From the sequence record MF360958.1: a stretch of 64,000 bases of DNA; one strand, 5' to 3'. Below, one piece after another: positions 1-10,036 of the stretch. Each line of letters opens with the position of its first letter. Within the stretch, counting starts at the first letter, position 1. Under the pieces are notes generated by a model that was not told the origin of the DNA, made no database searches, and worked only from the letters and a program-made list of their open reading frames with translations. A program made the position numbers and the translations under genes.

Positions 1-1
1 A

Positions 2-409
2 GCATTAAATATACTGGCCCGAAATAATCTTATTGAGCCTGATGATTTTGGCGAATACAATGGAACTGATTTTTTTCGATACAAGAATGTAAAAACTTTA
101 TGGTTTAGTTTTTGTAAATTACTAGGAAATATGGCTGGATATGATTTTGATAATGAACCTTATGAAAAATCACAATCAATTCACGCAGCTAAAGCATTTA
201 TGGAAACTGAAATCTATGACTTTAATGATCAACAATGGCAAAAATTAAAGAAAGAATTTAAGAATCAACTTGATTATATTATGAAAAAGAATGGAATAGA
301 TACTCAATCTAAAGAAGCTCAGGAGGATATACAATACTGTACTGATCAAATTCTCGAACAGTTTCAAGGTATTATAATGTCTATGGCAGCTAAAGATAAA
401 ACATTTTAA
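2..409 (+). CDS. hypothetical protein, 5'-partial (frame is open from the window start)
   Basis: The frame of ORF 131..409 has no stop from nt 2 (ALNILARNNLIEPDDF...GNMAGYDF). Confidence 0.6.
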   Translation, partial: ALNILARNNLIEPDDFGEYNGTDFFRYKNVKTLWFSFCKLLGNMAGYDFDNEPYEKSQSIHAAKAFMETEIYDFNDQQWQKLKKEFKNQLDYIMKKNGIDTQSKEAQEDIQYCTDQILEQFQGIIMSMAAKDKTF

Positions 410-807
410 TTATTATTTAAAAAGTCATAGGTATGACGTTGATTGGTTTTTGAAACTATATTGACATATTCTTTAAGCGCGGCTCTTAAATCTTCTTTAA
501 CAGATTTTTTGTCGCGCTCATTTCCTTCATCGTTTAATGCAACCACATCTACTCTAACTTTATCACCATAATATTCACTTACGTTATACGTATCAATCAT
601 TGCTTTACGATCATAATAAACGGTTATTTCGAGTGCATCAAATAAAAAATCGTAGTGAAATTTCTTTTTTAAGTCTTCTCCGTATACTTTAATATACGGT
701 CCTTGCTTTCCACCATATAAATTTTCTTCATGGGGTTGTCGTTTTAAAACGTATTCTGCTATATTATTGATCTTCTGATCGTTGGGTTTTATATCTTCAA
801 AAATCAT
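406..807 (-). CDS. hypothetical protein, probably late-expressed
   Basis: 133-aa ORF with GGAG RBS and a TAAATA motif upstream on the minus strand. Confidence 0.6.
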   Translation of the reverse strand: MIFEDIKPNDQKINNIAEYVLKRQPHEENLYGGKQGPYIKVYGEDLKKKFHYDFLFDALEITVYYDRKAMIDTYNVSEYYGDKVRVDVVALNDEGNERDKKSVKEDLRAALKEYVNIVSKTNQRHTYDFLNNN

Positions 808-937
808 AATTAACTCCTACCAATATTTAGGGAATATGGATAAAAACATAAACAAACTGATATACTAGATAGTATCTATTGTAATTTTAAACAAAATTAG
901 GTAAAATATATTTATATTAAAGCAATGGAGAATTCAT

Positions 938-1252
938 ATGGTTTTCAGCCTTATCAAGTCTGCACTTATAGTAATGTTGGGGATCGAAAAAAAGACTATC
1001 CGTGTCTTCCATTTAAAGAATAAAATCTGGAAAGAAATTGGTCAGTTCAGCGTTTTTGTAAACATTAATAAATATTATGAAAATAGATTTTATGAACTTT
1101 CAGAAGATCATTCTGAGGTTCTTCATGAAATGAAAGTTAAAGATCATCTTCATAAAGTAAGAGCGGTAACCGAAGACGGTAAAGTTATTACTTATAATGA
1201 GAAAAAGCTAACTGATTTTCTTCAGTCTAAAACGAATATTATCAATAATTAA
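938..1252 (+). CDS. hypothetical protein
   Basis: 104-aa ORF with GGAG RBS. Confidence 0.5.
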   Translation: MVFSLIKSALIVMLGIEKKTIRVFHLKNKIWKEIGQFSVFVNINKYYENRFYELSEDHSEVLHEMKVKDHLHKVRAVTEDGKVITYNEKKLTDFLQSKTNIINN

Positions 1253-1265
1253 AAAGAATACAAAA

Positions 1266-1653
1266 AGTAATAAAGGAATGAAAAATGGTTCCAAAATGGG
1301 TAAAACCAATAACCAAAATTTTGTAGGTGTTCCTTTTTATAAATTGAGAAAAATGTTGGAATACAAGTGCAAGTTAGGTGGAATCTGATATTATGAAACT
1401 GAGGAAAGTTATACCAGTAAGTGTTCATTTTTAGACATGGAACTAATGCGTAAAAGAGATATGTATGAAGGTAGCAGAGTAACTAGGGGCTTGTTTAAGT
1501 CCTCTAATAGTAATACGATTGATTATTAATGCCGATTTAAATGGCAGTTTAAATATAATAAGAAAAGTAGCCGGGAACGATGTATTTAAGTACAATGATA
1601 TGTCTGACTTGCTAGAGGGCTATGCCGTTAGTCCAATAAAAGTATGCATTTAA
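1266..1653 (+). pseudogene. tnpB: TnpB (IS200/IS605/IS607 OrfB) C-terminal remnant
   Basis: Manual translation: NKGMKNGSKMGKTNNQNFVGVPFYKLRKMLEYKCKLGGI*YYETEESYTSKCSFLD...RVTRGLFKS, then after a frameshift INADLNGSLNIIRKV. These are the RuvC-II (EESYTS) and RuvC-III (NAD.NGS.NI) motifs. Stop TGA at 1386-1388; frameshift near 1521-1525 (GATT duplication). Confidence 0.85.
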
Positions 1654-1677
1654 AAACTATATAAAGAAAGGTATAAT

Positions 1678-1950
1678 ATGTTAGATTATTTTTCCAACGG
1701 TGATGAGAATGTTTTAATTAAAATGTTTGATATTGAACAGGTAAAACCAAGATTTACAAAATCTTCATTAATTTCAGATGTGAATAAAAATGCTTGCTTT
1801 TGTAAAATTGAAGATTGTGAAACCAATCAATATCATTATCAAGTATTGCAATTAAACGAAGATGGTTTGTTTAATGGTTTCCATTCGAATTTCTACACAC
1901 ACGATGAACGTTACCGAATTGTTTCATGGGGTAGACTACCGCAGGGATGA
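1678..1950 (+). CDS. hypothetical protein
   Basis: 90-aa ORF with AAGG RBS. Confidence 0.55.
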   Translation: MLDYFSNGDENVLIKMFDIEQVKPRFTKSSLISDVNKNACFCKIEDCETNQYHYQVLQLNEDGLFNGFHSNFYTHDERYRIVSWGRLPQG

Positions 1951-1952
1951 GA

Positions 1953-2783
1953 TTATTCATCCCTGTTGGCATTATCTAAAAGCCATTGGGTAAACTCTAT
2001 AACGTTATGTTTATAAAATTTTTGTCCATCTTTAATAGGCAGGTAATAAAAATCTTTAACAATAGTATTATCATTAAAGTGATATTTCGTGTTTGCTTTC
2101 TGGTTGATTATAATCCAAAAGCGACCATTCATGTATTGCGTTAATAGTTCATTTGATGACACGCCTAAAATGTTATTGTAAACATTGTCGAATACAGCTT
2201 TGTAATTACTTTTTAAATATTCATCGGAAACGGTTCTTAAACGTTTTCTATTATTTTCAAGAGCTTCTTCAAGAGTGGTAAAAACCCAAACTAAATGTGT
2301 TTTCTCTGGTGTATAGCCGTGTTGGAACAATGTTGTTAATTTGTCTTTTATGTTTTCAATATCCGAGAATGTACCATTTAAAGCTACATTAGGAAGTCTG
2401 TCTTTTTTAGAATTGGCTTTAAGAAAAACATCTAAATAACGGTTTCCTAAATCTTTGTGCTTTATATATGAATTCATAGCCTCAACAAATGTTTCATCCT
2501 TAAACATTCCTTTATGACGTAATTCAATTTCGGTATAATCATCAAATTCTGAATAATTTTGAACAAGCCATTTTCTAAAGTCATTAAATAGTTTATCACT
2601 TTTCACAACTAAATATTGAATATCGTCTATATCAATATGTTTGAATTTATTATTAATATCAGTGAAGTTATCAACTGAAAAGTTTTTACCTGAACCAGCA
2701 GATCCCATAATAACAACAGCATGTCCTTCAGAAGCTGTTTTTACAGGTAATTCGATCAACTTTTCATTTAATATATTATCCAT
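1953..2783 (-). CDS. P-loop NTPase/kinase (zeta-toxin/AAA_33-like)
   Basis: Walker A AVVIMGSAGSGKN, then IDIDD and LEEALENNRKR.R, typical of small P-loop kinases. Confidence 0.65.
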   Translation of the reverse strand: MDNILNEKLIELPVKTASEGHAVVIMGSAGSGKNFSVDNFTDINNKFKHIDIDDIQYLVVKSDKLFNDFRKWLVQNYSEFDDYTEIELRHKGMFKDETFVEAMNSYIKHKDLGNRYLDVFLKANSKKDRLPNVALNGTFSDIENIKDKLTTLFQHGYTPEKTHLVWVFTTLEEALENNRKRLRTVSDEYLKSNYKAVFDNVYNNILGVSSNELLTQYMNGRFWIIINQKANTKYHFNDNTIVKDFYYLPIKDGQKFYKHNVIEFTQWLLDNANRDE

Positions 2784-2794
2784 TACATTATTCC

Positions 2795-3805
2795 TTAATT
2801 ATCATCTTCATCATCTATAATAGGTTTTATCGGATTGGATATATAAGCCTTCTGACTTGTTAGATTATTATCTTCGTCGCAGAATTCTTCATCATTATTA
2901 ACGAAATCATCAGTATGGTCGTGTCCTCGTGTCCAATCTTGTAGAATCTTACGATCCACTATCATCCATGTACCATCTTCGTATTTAAATATTTGATTGG
3001 GTTTATAATCTTTACGAATGACATAATCACCATCTTCCGCATCAACAGGGAATCTTGTAACCCGAGGTATTTCATCAATATCAACATTGGGATCGAGTGG
3101 TAAAGCACCATCCGTATCAGGATCGTAAATATAATCAGCGTATTCTTCACCATAAGGAACAACTTCTTCAGCTTCCTGAGCAATGGTTTCGTTGGTTGAA
3201 ACCATTTTATTATAACTACTCAGCATATCTTCTAAATCATCTTCAGAGTCTTCATTTGCATTTTCAAGAACATCCTTATATTCACGTGAGTCGAATATCT
3301 TACGAACACGTACACGCCAAACGTGAGGAAGCCATGTAGCGCTGTAACCGTCTGCTGCCCATCTACCTTCCTCTACCACAAAAAAAGCGTTGATAGCGCC
3401 CTCAGTGTCGTCTAGCATGTCATCTCTTAGATGTGACAACTCTAATACATCACCGGCTGAAAGTTTTCTTCCTAATTTCTCATGAATGTTGTTTAGATGG
3501 AAATCAATATATAATGTATCACTTTGGAAAAATCCGAATTGGCTTAATTCAAAATCGTTGTCTGTTACTTCGTATATACCCCAAAGTTCATTAACATTTC
3601 CATCGTATTTACGGTCACGAGTTTCCATAAACAATAGATCTTGAATTTTGATATCATCTTTAATATTACCTTCATCATCTGTAAAACCCACAAATTTATG
3701 TACGAAAACCTGTGTTCCTGATATAAAGAAAAATTCTGAAATGGTTCTATCAAAGAATTTGTAATCGTTCGTTTTTGTATTGCGCCAAAGCTTTAATCGA
3801 GGCAT
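2795..3805 (-). CDS. neck/head-completion protein (T4 gp14-like)
   Basis: MPRLKLW...DYKFFDRTISE...FELSQFGFFQSDTLYIDF...GDVLEL resembles gp14-like neck proteins of T4-related jumbo phages; lies in a late-gene cluster near the gp13-like gene. Confidence 0.6.
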   Translation of the reverse strand: MPRLKLWRNTKTNDYKFFDRTISEFFFISGTQVFVHKFVGFTDDEGNIKDDIKIQDLLFMETRDRKYDGNVNELWGIYEVTDNDFELSQFGFFQSDTLYIDFHLNNIHEKLGRKLSAGDVLELSHLRDDMLDDTEGAINAFFVVEEGRWAADGYSATWLPHVWRVRVRKIFDSREYKDVLENANEDSEDDLEDMLSSYNKMVSTNETIAQEAEEVVPYGEEYADYIYDPDTDGALPLDPNVDIDEIPRVTRFPVDAEDGDYVIRKDYKPNQIFKYEDGTWMIVDRKILQDWTRGHDHTDDFVNNDEEFCDEDNNLTSQKAYISNPIKPIIDDEDDN

Positions 3806-3807
3806 AA

Positions 3808-4680
3808 TTAACTCATATATTGTTTTGCATTTTTAATTATTTCATTATAGTCATATTCAAATTTGGTACTTACAAGAATATATTGTTGTGTTTTGAAATA
3901 TATTTCAGTAGGTTCATTGAATAATTCTGAAATAATGGTATCCGTATAATAATGATTTTTGATATAATTTCGAACACAATCTATAGATTTAATTAATTCT
4001 TTAATTTTTGAATAGAAATTTATTAATGAACCATTTTCACTTTTTGTCATGTTATATTGATTTATATTATTTTTTAGAGATTTATAATCTTCTATAATTG
4101 TGGGGTCAAAAACGTAACGATCTATTTTTTCAGATAAGTCTCTTGCTTGATCGTAAATATTTTTGATATTCTTATCATCAATTTCTTTCATTTCATCCGC
4201 TAATTGTATAGCGAGTAGTTCTTCATTTTGAGTAACAATTGGTGATAACACAGCAAGTTCCTCACCAATAGGATTTTCAACATGAAAATCGCTTTTTGAT
4301 AATGTTTCATAAGTATATGAATAACCATCCATTGGAAATAGATAATATTGTTCGCCTTGTATAGACGATTGGGTAGGTCCAACAGTTGTTCCAAAAACCA
4401 CATTTTCAACTCGGTTATTGTGCCCAAATTCTTCTAGAAGTTTATTAAAACTATCATGTAAGATTTTATTCTGAAAAATCATTGAATGAGATTTACGTTT
4501 ATCAGCCGTATCTTTAATTAGAAAAAATTCACTTATATCACTATCGAGACGAACTATTGGTCCATAATCTCCGAATTCGTTAATGAATTGAGAGCATTTT
4601 TTTGATAATGTTTTATATAAAGTTTCTTCAGAATACTGAGCTTCAATGTTTTCTGATTCCAATAATTGCTTTATCTTCAT
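3808..4680 (-). CDS. late protein, MKIxxLxE family (paralog of 33995 and 41961); possible ART-like fold
   Basis: Shares KxCSQ, RxNxxFxT, YxxFPxDG and a late E-I-x-F motif with 33995..34921 and 41961..42734. Confidence 0.5.
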   Translation of the reverse strand: MKIKQLLESENIEAQYSEETLYKTLSKKCSQFINEFGDYGPIVRLDSDISEFFLIKDTADKRKSHSMIFQNKILHDSFNKLLEEFGHNNRVENVVFGTTVGPTQSSIQGEQYYLFPMDGYSYTYETLSKSDFHVENPIGEELAVLSPIVTQNEELLAIQLADEMKEIDDKNIKNIYDQARDLSEKIDRYVFDPTIIEDYKSLKNNINQYNMTKSENGSLINFYSKIKELIKSIDCVRNYIKNHYYTDTIISELFNEPTEIYFKTQQYILVSTKFEYDYNEIIKNAKQYMS

Positions 4681-5213
4681 ATGCTGGTTTCCGTATGATC
4701 AATTTCACGAACAAACAAAGGCTGATCGGTAACATAAAATAATAGATTCTTCTGATTCATTTCAGGATCATAACATTTGGTTACAACCATAAGACCATTC
4801 TCTAACGTAATGCCAAGTATAAGAAAATCGCGACAGTTATAGTTGGGGTATGGCGAATAATCAGTGATTGTTTCAGGATCAAAGTTTGTGATATAATCTT
4901 TAATATCTTTTACAAAATCTTCTTTTGAATCCCAATAAGGGCTATTTTCATCCTGAAAATATGTAGAATAAATGGTATCGGCTTCTGATTCTTTTTGATC
5001 ATCATCAATGTTTCTAAGATCGTCTTCGATACCAAGTTCATCTATAACAATGTCGTAACTGTCTTCTTCATCGTAATTTTTGTTATAACCATAACCGTAT
5101 ACGTTAGGATGTTCATCTTCAAGATCAGTAGTATCAACTTCGTTAACATCATCTTCTTGCTCAGCATCTTTCATCATCTTTAGATACTGGCCTAATGTCG
5201 TGTTATCTGCCAT
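4677..5213 (-). CDS. acidic hypothetical protein (late)
   Basis: 178-aa D/E-rich ORF; CATAAATA upstream; N-terminus LGQYLKMMKDAE resembles 36818..37297. Confidence 0.6.
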   Translation of the reverse strand: MADNTTLGQYLKMMKDAEQEDDVNEVDTTDLEDEHPNVYGYGYNKNYDEEDSYDIVIDELGIEDDLRNIDDDQKESEADTIYSTYFQDENSPYWDSKEDFVKDIKDYITNFDPETITDYSPYPNYNCRDFLILGITLENGLMVVTKCYDPEMNQKNLLFYVTDQPLFVREIDHTETSI

Positions 5214-5305
5214 ATTATATTCTCCATGTCATTTATTGTATTTATGCTTGAAAAGAGAATAATAATTTGTTAGGTTACGTAGAAGTCTCAAAATAAGGTA
5301 ATTCT

Positions 5306-7168
5306 ATGTCAAATCGAACTAAAGAAGAATTAGAATCTGATTATCAAGCTATTGAGCAAAAGCTGCATGATACTGAAAAAAAGTTAAAAAATTCTGAATA
5401 TGCCAATAGTCGTTATGAAGATACGCTTGACCAAGTTACCACTGAATATACTAACAGTTCTGAAGAATATTTTTTCATGGTTTGTGTATCAGAACTTAAT
5501 AATAAAACACGATCATTGACTAGTGAATTGTTGATGACTTATCCATATGATGATTGGAAGAAATTTCTTATGGATAGTGATGAACAGAAACAACTTTTTA
5601 ACAAGATTATTGAGTCTTATATGAAATTTGTGGAATTTTCTGTACAAAATGTTCCTCAGATTGTAACTTGTTATTATTCCCCATATAGTACTACAAGTGG
5701 TGATGATAATAGAATCAATAACTCGCCTCTTCAAAATCAAGCAATGTATACGCATTTTGCAAATATTGCAGTAAAACTAGTATATAGAAATATTTTTCTT
5801 TCAATTTTCAATATGCTTTCAGAAGATGATCGTGAAATTGTAAAACAAGATGAACATAAGTCAGCAACTATGAATTTTATTAAAAGTATATTTGGAAAGT
5901 TATGTGTAAAAACTATTGATGTGTTTTTGAATAACGATTGCGTTGATGATTTATTCTTTAATCTTGCTCTTTTGAATATAAAGACTAAGAATGTTAGTGA
6001 TAATGAAAACAAAAAATATGATTATAAAAAATCTCTCGAAGGTGTTTTTGAAAAACAAATTGATTTTCTAATAACTCAGTGTCTTTTTGACGATACTGTT
6101 AAAGAAGATTTTTATAAAATAATTTTAACTTATCTTAATCCTCAAAGTAACCATTATGTAGAAAATTTAGTTAAATATATTTCTTGTTCTAATTTTCACA
6201 AAAAATTAAAATTATATATTTCTGTGAAATCTGCTGAGTCTAATATTAAATTTAATAGTAATAATGTATACTTTTTAGAGAATATTGGTAATACAACTTT
6301 TTCTCAATTATATAATATGGGAACTTCTACTCAACAAGAGTTACAGAATGATTTAGATGATGGAATTTATTGTATTAATAAAGTCAAGATTTGTTATATT
6401 TTTATAGATTTAGGACATAGTAAAAATGAAAATAATTTACTTATTAAAGGGCAAATGGACTATCGTTTATTTGACTGCTCCTACATAAACAACTATGAAG
6501 ATTATTATATGAAAATTCATGATTTTCATGATGAATATAGAAAAGTATGTAAAAAACTGAATACAGTAAATCATAAAGATTTTATACTTGATTGTAAGTC
6601 TGATAACGAATCACCCACTGAATTGTTTACATATGCTTTGGATAAATTTAGGTATCGTATCGGACAGGAGACTTCGAAAATGTTTTTTGAAAATATATAT
6701 AACTTTGTTTTTAAAAGTTTTTATTTAATGCTTTATACTTCAAAATTTAAAATGGTTAAAGATTCATTGCCCATGAGGGAGTTTTTCGCTGCATTAAGGA
6801 TTATTACTGATAACAATCAAGGGCAATATGATTTTGATCTTAACACGAGCAAAAAGCAACTATTATTATTCAAAAGTGATTTAAACTATGATGTATATAA
6901 AGATATGACTTTCCCTGAAATCATTTATAATGATATTGTGCGTATCGCCAATGATGTAATTAATTCTCAGTTTAATGGTGTGATTGAAGTAACCAAAAAG
7001 GATAAAGACGAAGATGAGACTAAAGAGCAATATGTAAAAAAAATGAATAGTATGTTTGAGCATTATATCAATCTAATAGAACTATTTACATCAACATTTG
7101 ATATTTATGATAGCGGTGATCTTAAACCACTTCATAACACAACGAAAAAACTGAAGCTTTATTACTAA
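5306..7168 (+). CDS. ~620-aa paralog family member 1 (N-terminal coiled coil)
   Basis: 620 aa; LSEDDREIVKQDEHKSATMNF aligns with LSKKEKELVKEDHHKSSMMKF of 11685..13553. Confidence 0.7.
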   Translation: MSNRTKEELESDYQAIEQKLHDTEKKLKNSEYANSRYEDTLDQVTTEYTNSSEEYFFMVCVSELNNKTRSLTSELLMTYPYDDWKKFLMDSDEQKQLFNKIIESYMKFVEFSVQNVPQIVTCYYSPYSTTSGDDNRINNSPLQNQAMYTHFANIAVKLVYRNIFLSIFNMLSEDDREIVKQDEHKSATMNFIKSIFGKLCVKTIDVFLNNDCVDDLFFNLALLNIKTKNVSDNENKKYDYKKSLEGVFEKQIDFLITQCLFDDTVKEDFYKIILTYLNPQSNHYVENLVKYISCSNFHKKLKLYISVKSAESNIKFNSNNVYFLENIGNTTFSQLYNMGTSTQQELQNDLDDGIYCINKVKICYIFIDLGHSKNENNLLIKGQMDYRLFDCSYINNYEDYYMKIHDFHDEYRKVCKKLNTVNHKDFILDCKSDNESPTELFTYALDKFRYRIGQETSKMFFENIYNFVFKSFYLMLYTSKFKMVKDSLPMREFFAALRIITDNNQGQYDFDLNTSKKQLLLFKSDLNYDVYKDMTFPEIIYNDIVRIANDVINSQFNGVIEVTKKDKDEDETKEQYVKKMNSMFEHYINLIELFTSTFDIYDSGDLKPLHNTTKKLKLYY

Positions 7169-7647
7169 GTTATTGCTTGATGTTTTGAAATGATATCTTT
7201 TATGGCTTGATGTTTTTCCTGAATTGTTTGATCAACTCCGGGATGAAGATCAAGCCTTGTTAAATATTTGTAGGGTAACCAAATATAGTCATTAGTTTCA
7301 TTCTCATTGATAACAATATCATTAAATTCATCTACTACCATTACAAATGAATAATAAATAAATTCATCATCGTCGCTTAGAAAGGTATCAAGAGGATATA
7401 GCTTCACAATCTCGGGGCTACTACCTAATTCTTCCTTTATTTCGCGCTGTAATGCTTCTCCAAAGTTTTCATTTTTGTTAAGCTTACCACCCCAAATACC
7501 CCATTTATATGGATGTGTGCATTTCTTAGAGCGTTGTTGGAGCAAGAACATATCTTTGGACATATCGTATATGAAACAACCAATGCATTTAATCATATTA
7601 CACCTTTTAGCCTGTATGTATGCCGTAGCCACGATCAGATGTGACAA
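7165..7647 (-). CDS. Nudix hydrolase (likely start MIKCIG at 7596)
   Basis: Nudix box WGGKLNKNENFGEALQREIKEELG. Confidence 0.9.
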   Translation of the reverse strand: MSHLIVATAYIQAKRCNMIKCIGCFIYDMSKDMFLLQQRSKKCTHPYKWGIWGGKLNKNENFGEALQREIKEELGSSPEIVKLYPLDTFLSDDDEFIYYSFVMVVDEFNDIVINENETNDYIWLPYKYLTRLDLHPGVDQTIQEKHQAIKDIISKHQAIT

Positions 7648-8371
7648 AGTTTGCTAATTCAGTCTCTAATGCTTCAATTTCGCTTTGAGCTTCTTGTTTT
7701 AGCTCATTACCATTCAGTGTAATACCACCACCGGGCCCTGCAATAGATTGGAATTTGCTACGCGCTTCACCCATTATATACTTAGTACGCGCAATTGTAT
7801 AGGATAAAAGCCAAGGTTTAATATTATAATCATCTAGTAGTTCTTCATCAGTACGATATATATCTGCAAGGATTGTCATGATTTCATCACGAGCCACATT
7901 ATTCAAAATGGTAAGAACTTGTGTAGATGGATTCCAGTAAAATTGAATTCGACTTGCTACAATTTTTTCAAGTTGGTCAATATAATGATATTGCATATGA
8001 ACAGTAGCAATGCTCCCATAGGTCATATTTTGATTTAGAGCGTGCATCATTTGATTCACATACATCATAAGAAATGGGTCCATAGAGTAATCAGTTGCTG
8101 CACTGGAACCTATTGTGTTTCGATAAATTGCTTGTATATCGGCAATATTACTATCGCTCATGTCATATTCTTGTTGATGTTTACCGTATTTGAATATGAT
8201 TGCTTTTTCCTCAGTAGCATTAGCTGCTTTTTGACGATACTCTTTTAGAGCATAATCTAAAGCGAAATCAATATGTTTATTATCAATTTCAAGATCTATA
8301 ATACCTTCACCTAGAGAAAGTCTTACTTCGTTGTAAATTTCTTCTCGACGTTCATTACGTTTTTTAGCCAT
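7607..8371 (-). CDS. neck protein (T4 gp13-like)
   Basis: C-terminal FQSIAGPGGGITLNGNELKQEAQSEIEALE is characteristic of gp13-like neck proteins; late TAAATA upstream. Confidence 0.8.
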   Translation of the reverse strand: MAKKRNERREEIYNEVRLSLGEGIIDLEIDNKHIDFALDYALKEYRQKAANATEEKAIIFKYGKHQQEYDMSDSNIADIQAIYRNTIGSSAATDYSMDPFLMMYVNQMMHALNQNMTYGSIATVHMQYHYIDQLEKIVASRIQFYWNPSTQVLTILNNVARDEIMTILADIYRTDEELLDDYNIKPWLLSYTIARTKYIMGEARSKFQSIAGPGGGITLNGNELKQEAQSEIEALETELANFVTSDRGYGIHTG

Positions 8372-8427
8372 TGTTATATCCTCATAAATAATTATATCTA
8401 AAGGTATTTATTGATAAGAGGTTTATT

Positions 8428-9321
8428 ATGACAACAAAATTTCAACAATCTGTAATGAATAATAATTGGGAAGTTCTTACTGATTCTGGTTATAAAGATG
8501 TTTTAAGTATTCATAAAACAGTAGAATATGATACATGGTATTTAAAAACAAATAATCATTATCTATATTGTGCAGATGATCATATTGTTTTTAATGATAA
8601 TATGTCAGAAATGTTTGTAAAAAATCTTAATATTGGTGATAAAATAATGACTCGTGCTGGTGTTGAAGATGTTGTAGATATTAAGTCACTTAAAAAGTTA
8701 ACGCCTATGTATGATCTTCAGGTTAACACGTATTCACAGAGTTATTATACAAATGGTATTCTAAGTCATAATACAGCGGTAGCGGCACTGTATTTACTAT
8801 GGTATGCTATGTTTATTCCTGATACTAAAATTCTTGTTACATCCTATATTGCATCAGGCGCGGATGAAATTCTTGAACGTATTCAGTATGCTTATGAAGA
8901 ATGTCCGCAATTTATAAAAGCGGGTATAACCACATGGTCAACTAAAAAAATTGTATTTGATAATAAATCAAGTATTATGTCGCGTGCCACTACAGAAAAT
9001 ACCGGTCGAGGATTGTCTATTAGTCTTTTATATTGTTTGGATGGTGAAACTACGGTAAAACTTCGTGATAAAGAATCGGGAGAAGTTAAAGAAGAAACAT
9101 TATCTGGCCTATATAATGAACTTGAAGGTTATTATATTGATGAAATGCGTAAAACTCATTTTGTTCGTATTTTCTTTGATAAAGGATATTACTTAGATGT
9201 ACCAGAGCATCAATCTTTACTTGTAAATGATATCAAAACAACTATTGAAAATATTCATATGGATGATAAAATTTTAATTAATCAAAGCTATTACACTGTA
9301 AAAGATATTGACTACATTTGA
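8428..9321 (+). CDS. terL: terminase large subunit internal fragment flanked by a split-intein C-half (aa 1-115) and a split-intein N-half (aa 203-297)
   Basis: aa 1-115 ends MYDLQV...YYTNGILSHN|T (intein blocks F/G). aa 116-202 TAVAALYLLWYAMF...RIQYAYEECP...TTENTGRGLSISLLY is the gp17 segment between Walker A and Walker B. aa 203 starts CLDGETTV (intein block A). Confidence 0.9.
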   Translation: MTTKFQQSVMNNNWEVLTDSGYKDVLSIHKTVEYDTWYLKTNNHYLYCADDHIVFNDNMSEMFVKNLNIGDKIMTRAGVEDVVDIKSLKKLTPMYDLQVNTYSQSYYTNGILSHNTAVAALYLLWYAMFIPDTKILVTSYIASGADEILERIQYAYEECPQFIKAGITTWSTKKIVFDNKSSIMSRATTENTGRGLSISLLYCLDGETTVKLRDKESGEVKEETLSGLYNELEGYYIDEMRKTHFVRIFFDKGYYLDVPEHQSLLVNDIKTTIENIHMDDKILINQSYYTVKDIDYI

Positions 9322-9333
9322 GGAGCATAATTT

Positions 9334-9858
9334 TTGGAATACTATCGGCTTATCACCTATAATCATGATGATGTTGAATTTTATAACAATATAGAATTTA
9401 TTGATGAATTCATTGAAATAACAAAAAATTCCATGGTGATCTATGATCCTGAATCGTGGAATTGTACTCCTGCGAATATGAAACGTAATACTAAAAATGT
9501 AATTGTAATAAGCCCTCATTGTGTTACAAGTGAAGATGATTTAAAAGATGTAGATATTATTGATCATGTTATAATAATGCCAAATGATTCATTTGTATTC
9601 ATAGAAAATAAAATTAATTATATATTTAATAATGAAAATAATTTAGAAAGTATTTTTATTTTTGGATATTCTTATCTAAAACATCTTTTCAGCTTCCATA
9701 TTCATCGAGTTTATCTTATTTCAAATGAAAGAACATGTAATAGTGATTTTAATATTCTTAAAATAAGTTTATTAGATACATATTACAGTTTTAAGAATGT
9801 GTTATCGTATTCATTAAACAGCGATACAAAACTTACAATGTATGATAGTATGTCTTGA
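9334..9858 (+). CDS. degenerate dihydrofolate-reductase-like protein
   Basis: FIEITKNSMVIYDPESWNCTP...RNTKNVIVIS...IFIFG...RVYLI follows the DHFR secondary-structure pattern but lacks GRKT and GG. Confidence 0.45.
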   Translation: MEYYRLITYNHDDVEFYNNIEFIDEFIEITKNSMVIYDPESWNCTPANMKRNTKNVIVISPHCVTSEDDLKDVDIIDHVIIMPNDSFVFIENKINYIFNNENNLESIFIFGYSYLKHLFSFHIHRVYLISNERTCNSDFNILKISLLDTYYSFKNVLSYSLNSDTKLTMYDSMS

Positions 9859-10036
9859 CATAGATGTGTGATATAATATAATGAATTATTTAAAACTGTA
9901 ATATGTTTTAAATAGTATAATATAAATAAATTTTATTTACTCATCATATCTATGATAAATTTCGGCTTGACAAAGATCATAATTATAGGTAATCTATAAA
10001 TCCTGTCAGCAATTAACTTGCTGATTTATTTCTAAA

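Noticed and set aside
938-1252. ORF 938..1252 as the missing N-terminal half of TnpB (KVKDHLHKV resembles KxxDxLHK)
   Set aside because: It is in a different frame, has its own RBS and stop, and shows no other TnpB motifs; the match is likely coincidental.
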